A stretch of DNA of 60,150 nucleotides, counting the filler, from Nemertoderma westbladi (Eukaryota; Animalia; Xenacoelomorpha), in NCBI GenBank assembly GCA_032718475.1. It is 4 parts of 4 records of this genome, joined end to end, with 100 filler letters (N's around TTAATTAATTAA, not from the genome) between each part and the next. Parts side by side here need not be neighbours in the genome. Positions count along the whole stretch, not along the records: positions 1 to 26,547 come from JAUCBJ010000690.1; 3 more parts are not named here. One strand, given 5' to 3'. Each line of letters opens with the position of its first letter. Position 1 is the stretch's first letter. The position numbers and the translations under genes were made by a program. The notes under the pieces are model-generated. The model did not search any database, had not been told where the DNA came from, and worked only from the letters and a program-made list of their open reading frames with translations. Below, one piece after another: positions 10,461 through 21,150 of this stretch.

Positions 10461-13061
10461 TTACATTGATGTTATAGCACCCTGTTGGAGTGGGAAGTTG
10501 TGAGACCAGGGGCGGTATTCATAAATGTGACTAACTAGAAACTTAGTCCTAGTCACTAGCAAGTTAGTAAGTGCTTGTACTAATTCGGTATTCAGAGAAG
10601 TTGGTGCGACTTATTACTAACGTATTTAGTACTAGTTGTTGCTAAACTCGTATTCATAGAATTTAGTCTGACTTAAGTTAGTATTAGCTGTAACTTAAAT
10701 TTCTAGTTACATGAAGATGTGACTAAGTTGGTAAGACCGCTTACTTATTCTATGTTGGCCTTCATACATACAGTATGGTTATTATGTTACTGACGACTCT
10801 GTCCACATTATACTCTCTCTTATCTTGTTTTTCTAGCATTCTGTGTTCATTGCAAATGTGTTGTTGCAGAGAAACTGTCAAATGTAACTACATAAAGCTT
10901 GTTGTTTTTTAAACATATATCCGACTTAAATTTCCAAATTTCAGCTCACATTCTTGAATGGTGAGATTGCTCCCGAATGGCCCGCGTCCGTTGAAAAATG
11001 TGTTTCGCTAAAGAATTCTACCATTCGCGAACTTTCGCAAGATGAAAAAGCGGTAGCGTTCCCACTTCATATTTTCCACTCTATTACCGAATGTAAATAA
11101 TGGTATTCGATAATATCGTAGCCAATTGATTTATCGCCTTACTACCTGACTAAAAATAATAATTTTTCACTATAATTTTAACAGGAAATCACTAAAATAT
11201 TCAGTTTCCACTAAAATCTATTAATTATAAATTGTTTCTAAAATGTGGGAAAGGGCATGTTACAGTGCCACTAATAATGAAGGGATTTTATTACAACAGG
11301 CTGTAACAGATTTATTTTTGATGAAAATATATTTTGTGATAATTAAATTGAGTGGAGGAAATATATATTTGATAACGAAAACAATTTACTGGAAAACAGG
11401 AATTGTTTTAGTGTCCAATACAATTAATGGGTTTAATGTAGGCTATCAATACTAGTAAAACAGTAAACATAGAGACATGCAGGGCATATCTACCGTCCTT
11501 AAAGTTGAAACTGAAAGCTTTTCGATAAACATAAGTTCAAGTACCGGCACTGCTACTAATAGGCTAGAACTAAGTTTAGTAACAGTTTATGAATACTTTT
11601 TTTTAAGGGCTAGTTGAAACTAAGTTAAGTCAATGCTCTTACTAAAATCAGTTGTTTTTAGTAACAGATAGCTCTTACTAAACATAGTTGCAGCTCTTAC
11701 TAAAAGCCAGAAAGCTGTCACTAAGTACAGTACTTTTTACAAATTCCATATCATTTTACCAACTTGTCTCAAGCTGTTCCAAGAGGTTTCCACTGGCCAA
11801 GAGCCACCAAGAGGTTACAATTTCCTCAAAGAGAGACCAATAACCCTCAAGAGTGACCAACATAGTTTTACCTTCAATTAAAATCAGGAATGCCTAACTT
11901 TTTAGAAGGATGATTCCTTCTTCTTGATTGGGCATTGAGATTAAATTAATACACAACATTTTTTTACCACACATTTACTGCTATATCAATATCGTCCCAT
12001 ATTGTTTGTGTGTAATAAACTCTCTCACAGAGATATTTACTTATTTTTATAATGTATTTGAAAACGTTGCCATCCCGCAGTTCCACGCTATGGTTAAAGG
12101 ACGCCATTATTCATCTTATATACGTAAACGAATATGGAGCATGCATCTACTGTACATAGGAAGAAACCTCATGAAATAGTTGAAATTATAGAAATTGAAG
12201 AGAACACCCGTGTGGGAATTCAAGGAGTCAGGCGGTTGATATTAAGAAATAAAAATATAGGAGAAAGTCGGAATAAACGTCCAGGTAGAAAAACAAAGGT
12301 TCCTCAGTTTGTGTTTAAATTCATTGATGAATTGCTTGAAAAAACTAACGGCGAGGCAACGGGGTCCAAGATCCGTAACCAACTTCAATCAAAGTTTAAT
12401 TTTATAGGAAGACCACACGTCCTACGAAGAGTGGTTTTCACTGACGAGTGCGCAGTGTGTCTCGATAACTTTCGGAAGCGGTTCTTCATACGGAAGGGGG
12501 AATCGTTTATGAGATTGCGATCGCGAGCGAAATATCCCGTTAAAGTGAATATATATGGAGTTATTAGCTGGAAAGGGAAAGCGCCGCTAGTGATACTACC
12601 AGGTAAAGCCCGAATAAACTCGTCAATGTTTTGCGATATGGTGCATAAAAGAATTATTCCCTTTTTGAAGTCAACATTTCCCGAAAATGACTATGGTAAT
12701 TCCCAAGTACACAAAGCAACTAAATGTAGTTAATCTTAATAGTGGCTGCCTTTGCTTTGAATATACCCCCCTCACTCTTGAACCGCTGGTGACATGTCTG
12801 ATCCATCCAATTAGGTATTGATAGTAACAATGTGTTGGCAAGCTGTATTTTTCGAGGTGTTTGTTATTATACATTTATTAAGGAAGGGATCTAGGGGTCG
12901 TTACCTCGAATGATAAGTTTATTTTACCGAAAATAACTTAACGTTTATTATTGGCGCAATTGTAGGACTAATCCCATCACATGCGTACTTATTAACCGGG
13001 TAGTGTACAAATTTAAGAATCGCGTAATTTTTCTTGAAATTAATATCTCATATCTCTCCAA

Positions 13062-13104
13062 ACCACGTACGCGTTTCGACCTTACTGGGTCTCATCAGCA
13101 TGGT
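13062..13104 (-). ncRNA. Minimal type I hammerhead ribozyme
   Basis: Minus strand ACCATG CTGATGA GACC-CAGTAA-GGTC GAAA CGCG TA CGTGGT. Intact CUGAUGA and GAAA cores, 4-bp stem II, palindromic ACGCGT stem III, GUA cleavage triplet, and stem I ACCATG/CGTGGT (6 bp including one G-U). Confidence 0.85.
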
Positions 13105-13165
13105 GTCGGATTCGAACCTGGGACCTCGAGGTGGAAGCCGAGACTACAACCACTAGGCCACAGGT
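13101..13165 (-). ncRNA. tRNA-derived Pol III head (SINE-like), Gly(TCC)-like loop, directly 5' of the hammerhead
   Basis: GTGGCCTAGTGG (A box), CTCGG-CTTCCAC-CTCGAG, GGTTCGAATCC (B box), GACACCA. The T and acceptor stems are imperfect, so this is not a functional tRNA. Confidence 0.75.
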
Positions 13166-13787
13166 TCTTGAGATATGGAGTATTAATTTCAAAGCCAGCT
13201 GCCATTTTATTAGCCCCTGATTTTTTGATTATTGATAGTAACAATGTGTTGGCAAGCTGTATTTTTCGAGGTGTTTGTTATTATACATATGAGATATGAG
13301 ATATGAGATATTAATTTCAAGAAAAATTACGCGATTCTTAAATTTGTACACTACCCGGTTAAAAAGTACGCATGTGATGGGATTAGTCCTACAATTGCGC
13401 CAATAATAAACGTTAAGTTATTTTCGGTAAAATAAACTTATCATTCGAGGTAACGACCCCTAGATCCCTTCCTTAATAAATCCAATTAGGTAGTTATAAA
13501 GCTTGATGCCGAAGGTATCTCGCTGTTTTACATCTTAATGATGGATGGTGGGTGCTTTTTGGGCATAGGTACTTCAGGGATGACAGCATAATATAATATG
13601 TTGCAATATACACACAACACACATGAAAGAAAAACGGAGATTTACTGTAGTATAAGTGTTTTCAGTCTTTTAGATTTGGTTATTTTATACTAAATTTGAA
13701 ATTACTTATACGTCCAGATTATTCAAAACGAAGTTTTAAATTTTATTCAAACGTCAAACCTTACCGGTAGCGGTAGTATTACAAACA

Positions 13788-14375
13788 ATGCGCCCAACAC
13801 GCCCTCCTCGCTTTATCCTCATTGAATTTGACGATGGAAAACATTGTATTGGAGAATCTAGTAAAGTTGTTGCTGGAATTATTCAAATAGGAGGTCGGGT
13901 CAGGTACCCCGGTGACTCTGGCATTATATATGAGGGTACAGTTATTTATTCCAATGATAGCCGAGGTGATGTCGATGCCTATCAAAGGGAGTACGAAAGG
14001 GAACTTTTTGGATATGAAAGTTCGGTCGATGAAGATTATGAAGAACATGAGACAATCTGCGATCTTCAATCGTATCCATATTGTGAGAACGCAAGTCCAA
14101 CGCCCATACTTGAGCCCCACGCAGTACATACCCCCATTTGTATATCCGAGATGACCGGTTGTGGTGTTGGACAGGCATCTACTGTAGTACCACCGGCGAC
14201 CAATTGTTTTGGACAGGCGTCCACTGTAGTACCCACGATGAAAAATAGTGTTGGACAGGCGTCCACTGTGGTACCCACGAAGACAAATAGTGTTGGACAG
14301 GCGTCCACTGTGGTACCCACGATGACAAATAGTGTTGGACAGGCGTCCACTGTTAGTACACACGATGACAAATAG
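13788..14375 (+). CDS. Accessory ORF inside the Tc1-like element: globular N-terminal domain plus a 14-aa S/T-rich repeat
   Basis: ATG in ACAAACAATG context. MRPTRPPRFILIEFDDGKHCIGESSKVVAGIIQIGGRVRYPGD..YEGTVIYSND, then (VGQASTVVPTMTNS)n. Two 43-bp repeat variants shift the frame. Confidence 0.55.
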   Translation: MRPTRPPRFILIEFDDGKHCIGESSKVVAGIIQIGGRVRYPGDSGIIYEGTVIYSNDSRGDVDAYQREYERELFGYESSVDEDYEEHETICDLQSYPYCENASPTPILEPHAVHTPICISEMTGCGVGQASTVVPPATNCFGQASTVVPTMKNSVGQASTVVPTKTNSVGQASTVVPTMTNSVGQASTVSTHDDK

Positions 14376-14755
14376 TGTTGGACAGGCGTTCACTGTAGTA
14401 CCCACGATGACAAATAGTGTTGGACAGGCGTCCACTGTAGTACCCACGATGACAAATAGTGTTGGACAGGCGTCCACTGTGGTACCCACGATGACAAATA
14501 GTGTTCAACAGGCGTCCACTGTGGTACCCACGATGACAAATAGTGTTGGACAGGCGTCCACTGTGGTACCCACGATGACAAATAGTGTTGGACAGGCGTC
14601 CACTGTTAGTACACACGATGACAAATAGTGTTGGACAGGCGTCCACTGTAGTACCCACGATGACAAATAGTGTTGGACAGGCGTCCACTGTAGTACCCAC
14701 GATGACAAATAGTGTTGGACAGGCGTCCACTGTGGTACCCACGATGACAAATAGT
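14166..14755. repeat. 42-bp minisatellite, about 14 copies
   Basis: Unit GTTGGACAGGCGTCCACTGT(A/G)GTACCCACGATGACAAATAGT, nearly identical, with no spacers. Confidence 0.95.
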
Positions 14756-15356
14756 AATGACCGCAAACACGTGTTTACTGTAGTGGTTTAAAAAATAAAT
14801 TTAATTTAAACATTAAGGGAAAGTAACAGGTTGCAGTGGCTGTGGCATAGTTTTCTAACCAAAACAATACACGATACTTTATTTCACTTGTGATCAATTT
14901 GCGGTGAAGATCACTATTTTCACTTGCATAGTCAATGTGCGCCATTATCTGGTATCATAATATTGTAACATAAACTACTGTTACGCAGTTCTGTACTCTG
15001 AGTTCTTGTGTGTCACATGAAACGAAACCCCGCCTTAAACATTCTTGCCAAGATCTGACAAGAATCCTCAATTACTAACAAGAATTAACAAAAGTCTCAA
15101 ATCACACCAAGACAAGCCAAGCCAATATCTCTCAATAACCTCCAAGACCCACAAAGTCTTGGTGACTCTTGGCCACTCCAGACAAAGCCCACCAATAATT
15201 ACCAAGAACTCAATGCATTCAAACCGCAACTATTGGAGACTCTTGAGAAGAGTTGGCCAATAATTGTGCCAAGTTGTTAACATGATATCGAATTTGTAAA
15301 AAGTACTGTAGCTGTAACTAATACTAACTCTATGAATACCGCCCCAGGGGCGGTAT

Positions 15357-15905
15357 TCAAATAATTAAAGCAACTATTTCGTCTATGCTTTCTAGATCTC
15401 GATTGAAAGGGCAATCGAAACTTGCATGTCCTTTGAATTGACAGTGTTGACATTGAGTCATAAATTGAGGACAAACTGCGAAAATATGTAGATTGTTGAG
15501 TCTACAATAAGCACAATAAATCTCCATAATAGATTGGTCTTTAAAGTAGCAACAGGGTTTGCTGGAGTCCACTGGGGTAAAGTGATCCCGTGATGCACAT
15601 AATCGGCAATGTTTCCTAGAAATGTAATTGGCATGCCGATAATCATATGCCGTGAGACATTGTGGACCTTGATACCATTCCAACACATAATCATTATCGC
15701 TAATCCTGGACGTTGCAGGTTGAATTTCTTCAGATTCCAAGCAAATTGGTTCTTCTTCCACTTGCATAGCTGCAATAGATGTAGCTGTTTTCTCAAGGGG
15801 ACCCACCGTTTGAACTTCCACAATAGAATAGCCCGTGGGGATTCGGGGTCTTTGTATGACAGATGAATGTAGATTCTGTACACAAACGTCCTTAAAAAAT
15901 GGCAA
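15357..15905 (-). pseudogene. Orphan multi-CCHC zinc-knuckle ORF remnant
   Basis: CRLCASRDH..C, CAYCRLNNLHIFAVC and CQHCQFKGHASFDC. The track start is TTG, with stops upstream. The stop codon comes from an orphan TIR copy at 15348. Confidence 0.5.
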
Positions 15906-16123
15906 ATCCAGCGCTATCCAACTTCTCAGCAGCGGAATCTCTCAAGCTGAGTTTGGTCAAAGCGCGGTCTTAAAACTGACTTTCAACGTTACGGAATGGA
16001 GTCAGAAAGCGCCTAAAGCATTCAAATCGGATTAATTTATTGTGTTCATCTAACTTAGCGAGTTTAGTTCCAAGCACTAAGGGATGAGCGCGTATAGTTC
16101 GACTGCACACATTGGCTAGCTAA

Positions 16124-17038
16124 CCGGTGTAACAGGAAAATATGCCCCCCCGTGAAATGTGCCCGGGGGGGCATATTTTCCTAGGAATAAATGCCCCCCC
16201 GGGCAAATTTCCCTAGGAAAAAATGCCCCCCCTTAGGAAATTATGCCCCCCTGAATTATACAATAAACAAAACTTATTACTACTAAAACTTACAAAAATT
16301 ATACAAAACAATAAACAGTCACTTTACCAAATGAAGAAAAGGAGCAGGTTACAGAGGCAGACCTTTCTAACCAAAACAATAAACGATCATTTAACTAATT
16401 GAGGGAAAAGAGCAGGTTACAGAGGCGGGATTTTCTAACCAAAACAATAAACAGTCACTTTAGCAAATCAGGGAAAGAAGCAGGTTACAGAGACGGGATT
16501 TTCTAACCAAAACAATAAACGATAACATTACCAATTGAGAGAAAGGAGCAGGTTACAGAGGCGGGATTTTCTAACCAAAACAATAAACAATCACTTTACC
16601 AAATCAGGGAAAGGAGCAGGTTACAGACTTAAAAAAGCTTGGAGCTGCTCGGCGCCCACACAACACCACACACTCGCACTGCTGTTATACCAGTACTTAC
16701 TACAGTAGCCTACTGACTTAGATACTTCAGTATGCTGTTCTACATCCCCTTACTGCCTTACCTGCTTACCTACCGGCAGACCGGTACCGTACTATTCTTC
16801 CAACTATTACAAGTTCTGCAGTTCAGCAGTTGGTAGATTAAAAGTAGACCGGTATCTTACCAGTTTTCAGACTTTTGAGGGGGGCTAATTTTCCTGAGGG
16901 GAGGCATTATTTCCTAAGGAGAAAATGCCCCCCCGGGCTAAATTTCCTAGGAAAAATTGCCCGGGGGGACATAATATCCTAGGAAATAATGCCCCGGGGG
17001 GCATATTCTAGGGGGGGCTGATTTCCTTGTGACACCGG
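16124..17038. mobile_element. Non-autonomous TIR element with CCGGTGT termini and repetitive subterminal arms (superfamily uncertain)
   Basis: CCGGTGTAACAGGAAAAT versus ATTTCCTTGTGACACCGG. Arms are built of CCTAGGAAA..TGCCCCCC units. No clean TSD (taa/caa). Confidence 0.75.
16305..16628. repeat. 68-bp tandem repeat (about 5 copies, alternating A/B variants)
   Basis: CAGGTTACAG at 16345, 16413, 16481, 16549 and 16617. Confidence 0.9.
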
Positions 17039-17351
17039 CAAGTGCGGTGTTCTCAAAGATGGTATATATAGCTAATGAGGGGTGGAGTGCAACACTCATA
17101 AAGCTATAAACGACTTCAGGTGCTGTTAATGGTCTGTCAAAATATAATCGAGAATAATGGTCGCCATATATTTGTTGATAACTGACAGGATTCCCAACTT
17201 TAAAATTCCATCTTTGAGATCCTTCTCAGTAAGAGATATCCTACAGCCTACAAGTCTACTAATATGAAGCTATAGAATAGTCCCAACTGAAAAGTCCAGT
17301 AGTATACCGCTTACCGGATCCTAGTAACGATGTATCTTACCGTAAGATCTA

Positions 17352-20120
17352 TTTTTTTTTTTTTTAAATGGAGATGGTGTATATTATATAGTATATACTT
17401 CAAATTGCACTATTACACCCTATCACCAAATCTGATTTATACAATGAGGTACAGTAATACGGATGTAAGGGGGAAATTCAAAACAGTTGGTTGTTTATGT
17501 TGTACTGGTCAGCTATTGTAGGCCTGTATGACTGCGCTGTACTACCAGACCACAGACTGCAGCTCAGTGTCGGCGTTGTCCAACCGAATGTAGGCATCGG
17601 ACACTGGACAATGAACCGGCCGTTTAGAGGCTGACCTACAACCTCGAAGGCAGAGCAGGGAGGAATGAAGCAACACGAAGTTTAACTTGCGCCAGATCTA
17701 TGTGATGCATTCCGAGTACCTGACCTCACGTTTGTCCACGAGCTTCTGTCCCAGGTGCTTGACAAACTGGCGCGTGGTCGGCGCCATCCCGCCAAAGGCC
17801 GATAATATGAGGGGGACGAAAGTAGAATGTTCCACCTCCCGTATCCTCTCCTCGTACTTAAGAATCTTACGATTCTCGTGGTGGAGGTGCGCTGCGTCTA
17901 GGGACATAGCCGCGTTCATCGCCGCCAGCGGGTTAAACACGGACACGTCGATGAACGACCGCTGGAATCGGTTTCCCCAGAAGCCGCTCACAGACACATC
18001 CAGCCTCGCCAGCTGGTCCGTCGAGGTGGCACGATGGGTGAAAGTTTCACCGGATAACGGCTGGAGCATCGGCTCAACAGCAACGTTGTAGGCGACCTCA
18101 GTGAGCGAGTTGGCGACGAAATCACGTATCTCATTGTGCCTGATGGAGGGGAAACCTCCAGTTGGGCACGACAGGACGTGGGTTGCAGAAAATCGCGCCC
18201 CACAGGCACAACGAGATGGTAGATTCTTCGGACACCAACCGTAGCGGAGATACACCGCATCCCGGAACACTTCTTTACTCAGGTGAGTAACTTGTAGGGT
18301 TAGTGGCTTGGAATTTAACCAAGCTGACGCACCTTTTTCTGTTGTGAGTTCACCCAGTTTGCGTTGATCTGTGGGTAACTGGGCGTATACTTGTTCCCTT
18401 TTAGTACGAAACGATGTTACGGACTCCGCCTTCACCTCGGTCACGATCCGTCTCTGTTCAGTCCGCACCACTGCCATCGACTCCGCATCTGCCAGCATCA
18501 GACTCGGCACGAGTGGTCGTACTGCGTCTCCAAGTCGGAATGAACCGGGATACCCAATCCGCCATCCCGAGTTAGGAGGGAGACTAGTTGGCGTTCAACC
18601 ACCGATAGCGACGGCATGTCGAGCAGTTTGGCGATGAACCGCTGCACTGTCTCCTCCAGCTTCCCGAAGTGCTCCGTCGCGTTGGGGATGATGCGGGTTA
18701 GGAACCTCCACCTGCAGGAGAGCCGGAACGCCAAACCGGCGTACGCGCAGTGGGGGTCCACCGCGGCAATCACGACGAGTCGATCGACTTCCTCCGTGAA
18801 CTCATCGACTTTCTCCTAGACGTAGCTGGCACAAAATTCCTCGGTACCGATAATGCCGCCGAGTAGCTTGTTGCCCGTTGTATCAATTGCGACGATGGTG
18901 TTCGCAAACAACGCCTCCGCCTCCGCCTCCACTAACTTATCCGGCTTTACAGTCAGGACACACTTCGACAGGTAGTACCCGTACAACGGTCCCGTTGAAC
19001 ACGCGATATCAAAGAACTTCCTGAGTTCTCCCAGTCGGCCCCCCGCATTCCCATCGTCCGCAAACCACTTCTGTTCCACATCACACCCGCAGTCCAGTTC
19101 GTCTAGGAGCGGCGTTATACCGCAGCCAAACATCGGCATCGCCACCGGGTCTCCTTGGGTGGAACCCTCCTCCGAGTAGTGGGTTTCCCCGCCGACGAAT
19201 AGCCGCGCTGGTTCGCTGTAACAATTAGTTACTATCGTGTGCAGCGCCGGACAGACTAAACCGATGTTATGCAACGCTGCGCTCCAGTTTAACACATTAA
19301 ATGCATTGGTAGCGTCGATCTGTAATATGCCGTCGCAGTCCTCAGAGGCAAAGGAATTGTTTAAACTGTGTATCGGGTGTTCGATTCCCACTCTCTGTCC
19401 GAGACACATCTGGACAGATCCGCCAACGGCCTGTAAATCTGGACTGATACACAGCACCGTCGCCTTTCCGATTACCCGCCGGAGCACCTCGCCTATCCCG
19501 ATTGGGCGGACCCCCGGGTTCTTGTCGAGGGCCAACAGACGAGACGAGAGCAACGCAGACAGCGACCCGGGGGGGGGGGGGGGGGGGGACAACAACCTGG
19601 GCTAGATGCTTTGCCAGGTCAGCTATTCTCTCGCACAGCTCAGCCGACGGATTGCGAAACCTTGTTAGAAGGTGTTTCCACCCCTGAACGTCCAGGCCAG
19701 ATGGCCCCGCCGCGTTTCCCTTCATCCGAAGTAAACATGACTGGATGCATGGACCATCCAGTCGTTCGAACACAACATTGTGGAACTCCGGCACGCGATC
19801 AAACTCTGTCATAGTAAAACTGACTCATCCACGGGTTTCGCAGCGAGGTGTTTCTCACGCAGGACATCGCGGACTACCTTTGTTACGCCGTCCTTGTCGG
19901 TAAACGTATCATCCAGGCGGAGCGGTTTGCCTCTAGTCAGGTTGCGGAGACATCGCGTCGCCGCAGACACATTCCCTGTCAACATATGTCTAACGAACGT
20001 TTTCTGGCGCATAACCTCCTGTGAATCGAATTGTCTTAACTTGGGAAGATGCGACTGAATCGCCCGGGCCTCAATAAGTAGCTCATTGAAATTACCCGCT
20101 TTCCAAGATTCTAGTCAACG
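17352..20120 (-). mobile_element. CRE-clade non-LTR retrotransposon (RT plus restriction-like endonuclease), 5'-truncated and frameshifted
   Basis: GVRPIGIGEVLRR, IDATNAFN, EGSTQGDP, WFADDG, GGLGIP, then RCACG..HVLSC..GG..IRHN..EP..RLD..FIDV. Poly(A) seen as a T-run at 17352-17365. Confidence 0.88.
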
Positions 20121-20129
20121 TTCTAGTTA

Positions 20130-21150
20130 CCGTAACATCTAGTAATGTACACGGGCTCGTACAGTATCTGGTAATAAATCCAAGTCCATGGTGTCTAAAT
20201 AAACAGATACAAGTACGCGAACAACTACTGGCGAGGAGCAGAGCCTAGTGTCTATTCTAAGTTCGTGAGCGAGTCAAATGCCCGACGAACTAGACAAAAG
20301 GATGCCTGTCCTCTAACCGGTGAGGCAGATGTACAGTCTACGGTGACAGACCAAACTCATGGGAAAACTCATGGGAGAACCCCACGCAGTGAATATGAAC
20401 TTTATTTGAAATCTCAATTAACCCATCTATTTCTAAATTAGAGAAGTGTGACAGCCACTCTTCAAAACCTAGCTTTGGTAAATGCAAGAAAGCCTCAATT
20501 CGTTAATTACGAACACTTTTCGAATTATCGGTATATAAATTTCTCGGATTATTATCAGATCGGAATGGGGTATGAAGGTTGCAAATTACTTGCATAAACT
20601 CTGAATAATAAATATTACGCTACCCGTACAGACTATTCAAATAAAACACAGACCAAATGCTGGCAGACTACCGTCAAGCCTGAATAAACCACAGTATACA
20701 GGTATATGCAATCTCCGAAATGGTTAGTTAGTAAGCGTTCTAGACTACGTAGTACGACTTATTCCTTTGCGGAGGGTTTACCTTATAGCACTGGATGCCT
20801 CCACTTCCTAACTAGCACTTTATCGGACAAACACCGTACATACACTGTAATCGCCTCAGTCCTAACAACAATCAGACAACAATCCGGCCTACAAGTTATT
20901 TTTACAATATGAGCAAGCTTACACGCCCTCTGCTCAATATTACACTTACAGATAAATAAGCCAACAGAAATAAGTAAAATCCTAATAAAAAACCAGGGTT
21001 GCAGTCCTCGATTAAATATTAAGACCTACCGGTATATAATTATCACAATCGAATTAATACTGCTGTAAGTACCGGTTCGGCTAGGCCTACAGTTTACCGT
21101 CTGACCAGTATGTTTTGGGTTTATTGCCTACTGAGCAATAAAAGAAACAA
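20130..21150 (+). mobile_element. Possible Gypsy-type LTR end, PBS and leader fragment truncating the CRE element
   Basis: Two AATAAA signals, then ...GAACA-acta-cTGGCGAGGAG near 20220-20238 (Gypsy-like PBS). No ORF or second LTR found. Confidence 0.3.

Larger units (their letters stand above)
12882..13472. mobile_element. Foldback MITE with about 175-bp near-perfect arms and TTAA flanks (Kolobok-like)
   Basis: Arms 12882-13056 and 13298-13472 are inverted copies. TTAA at 12878-12881 and 13473-13476. The termini are GG..CC (purine start), not the piggyBac CC..GG. Confidence 0.8.
12090..13530 (+). pseudogene. Tc1/IS630-family DDE transposase pseudogene
   Basis: ATG at 12090 (MVKGRHYSSYIRKRIW) frameshifts into ORF 12134-12733, which has RPGRKTK, VVFTDE, YPVKVNIYGVISWKG and a degenerate DN..H region. 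Broken TPPHS..LNP (SPDLNPIE-like) near 12765-12790. LMPKV tail after the 12817-13479 insertion. Confidence 0.85.
11728..15308 (+). mobile_element. Tc1/IS630-like DNA transposon (3.58 kb) nested in the Harbinger-type MITE
   Basis: TA TSD on both sides. About 39-bp imperfect TIR, CAGTACTTTTTACAAATTCCATATCATTTTACCAACTTG versus revcomp CAGTACTTTTTACAAATTCGATATCATGTTAACAACTTG. Subterminal CCAAGA/CTCAAGA repeats. Contains a DDE transposase remnant. Confidence 0.9.
10510..15344. mobile_element. PIF/Harbinger-type MITE (about 1.25 kb net of its insert)
   Basis: TIR GGGCGGTATTCATA/TATGAATACCGCCC. 3-bp TSD CAG at 10507-10509 and 15345-15347. Internal degenerate TIR-like repeats. Confidence 0.8.

Noticed and set aside
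13101-13165. Functional tRNA-Gly gene (also the tRNA-like 32072-32145)
   Set aside because: The acceptor and T stems do not pair properly. Only the promoter boxes are retained.
14166-14755. CRISPR-like appearance of the 42-bp array (also the 33-, 89- and 111-bp arrays)
   Set aside because: The units are head-to-tail with no unique spacers, there are no cas genes, and the context is eukaryotic and spliced.
10510-15344. Chimeric transposon with Harbinger ends and a Tc1-type transposase
   Set aside because: The transposase lies within its own TA-flanked TIR pair (11728-15308), so this is simple nesting.
15400-15620. nanos orthologue
   Set aside because: The CCHC spacing differs from Nanos (Cx2Cx12Hx10C / Cx2Cx7Hx4C) and the conserved Nanos residues are absent.
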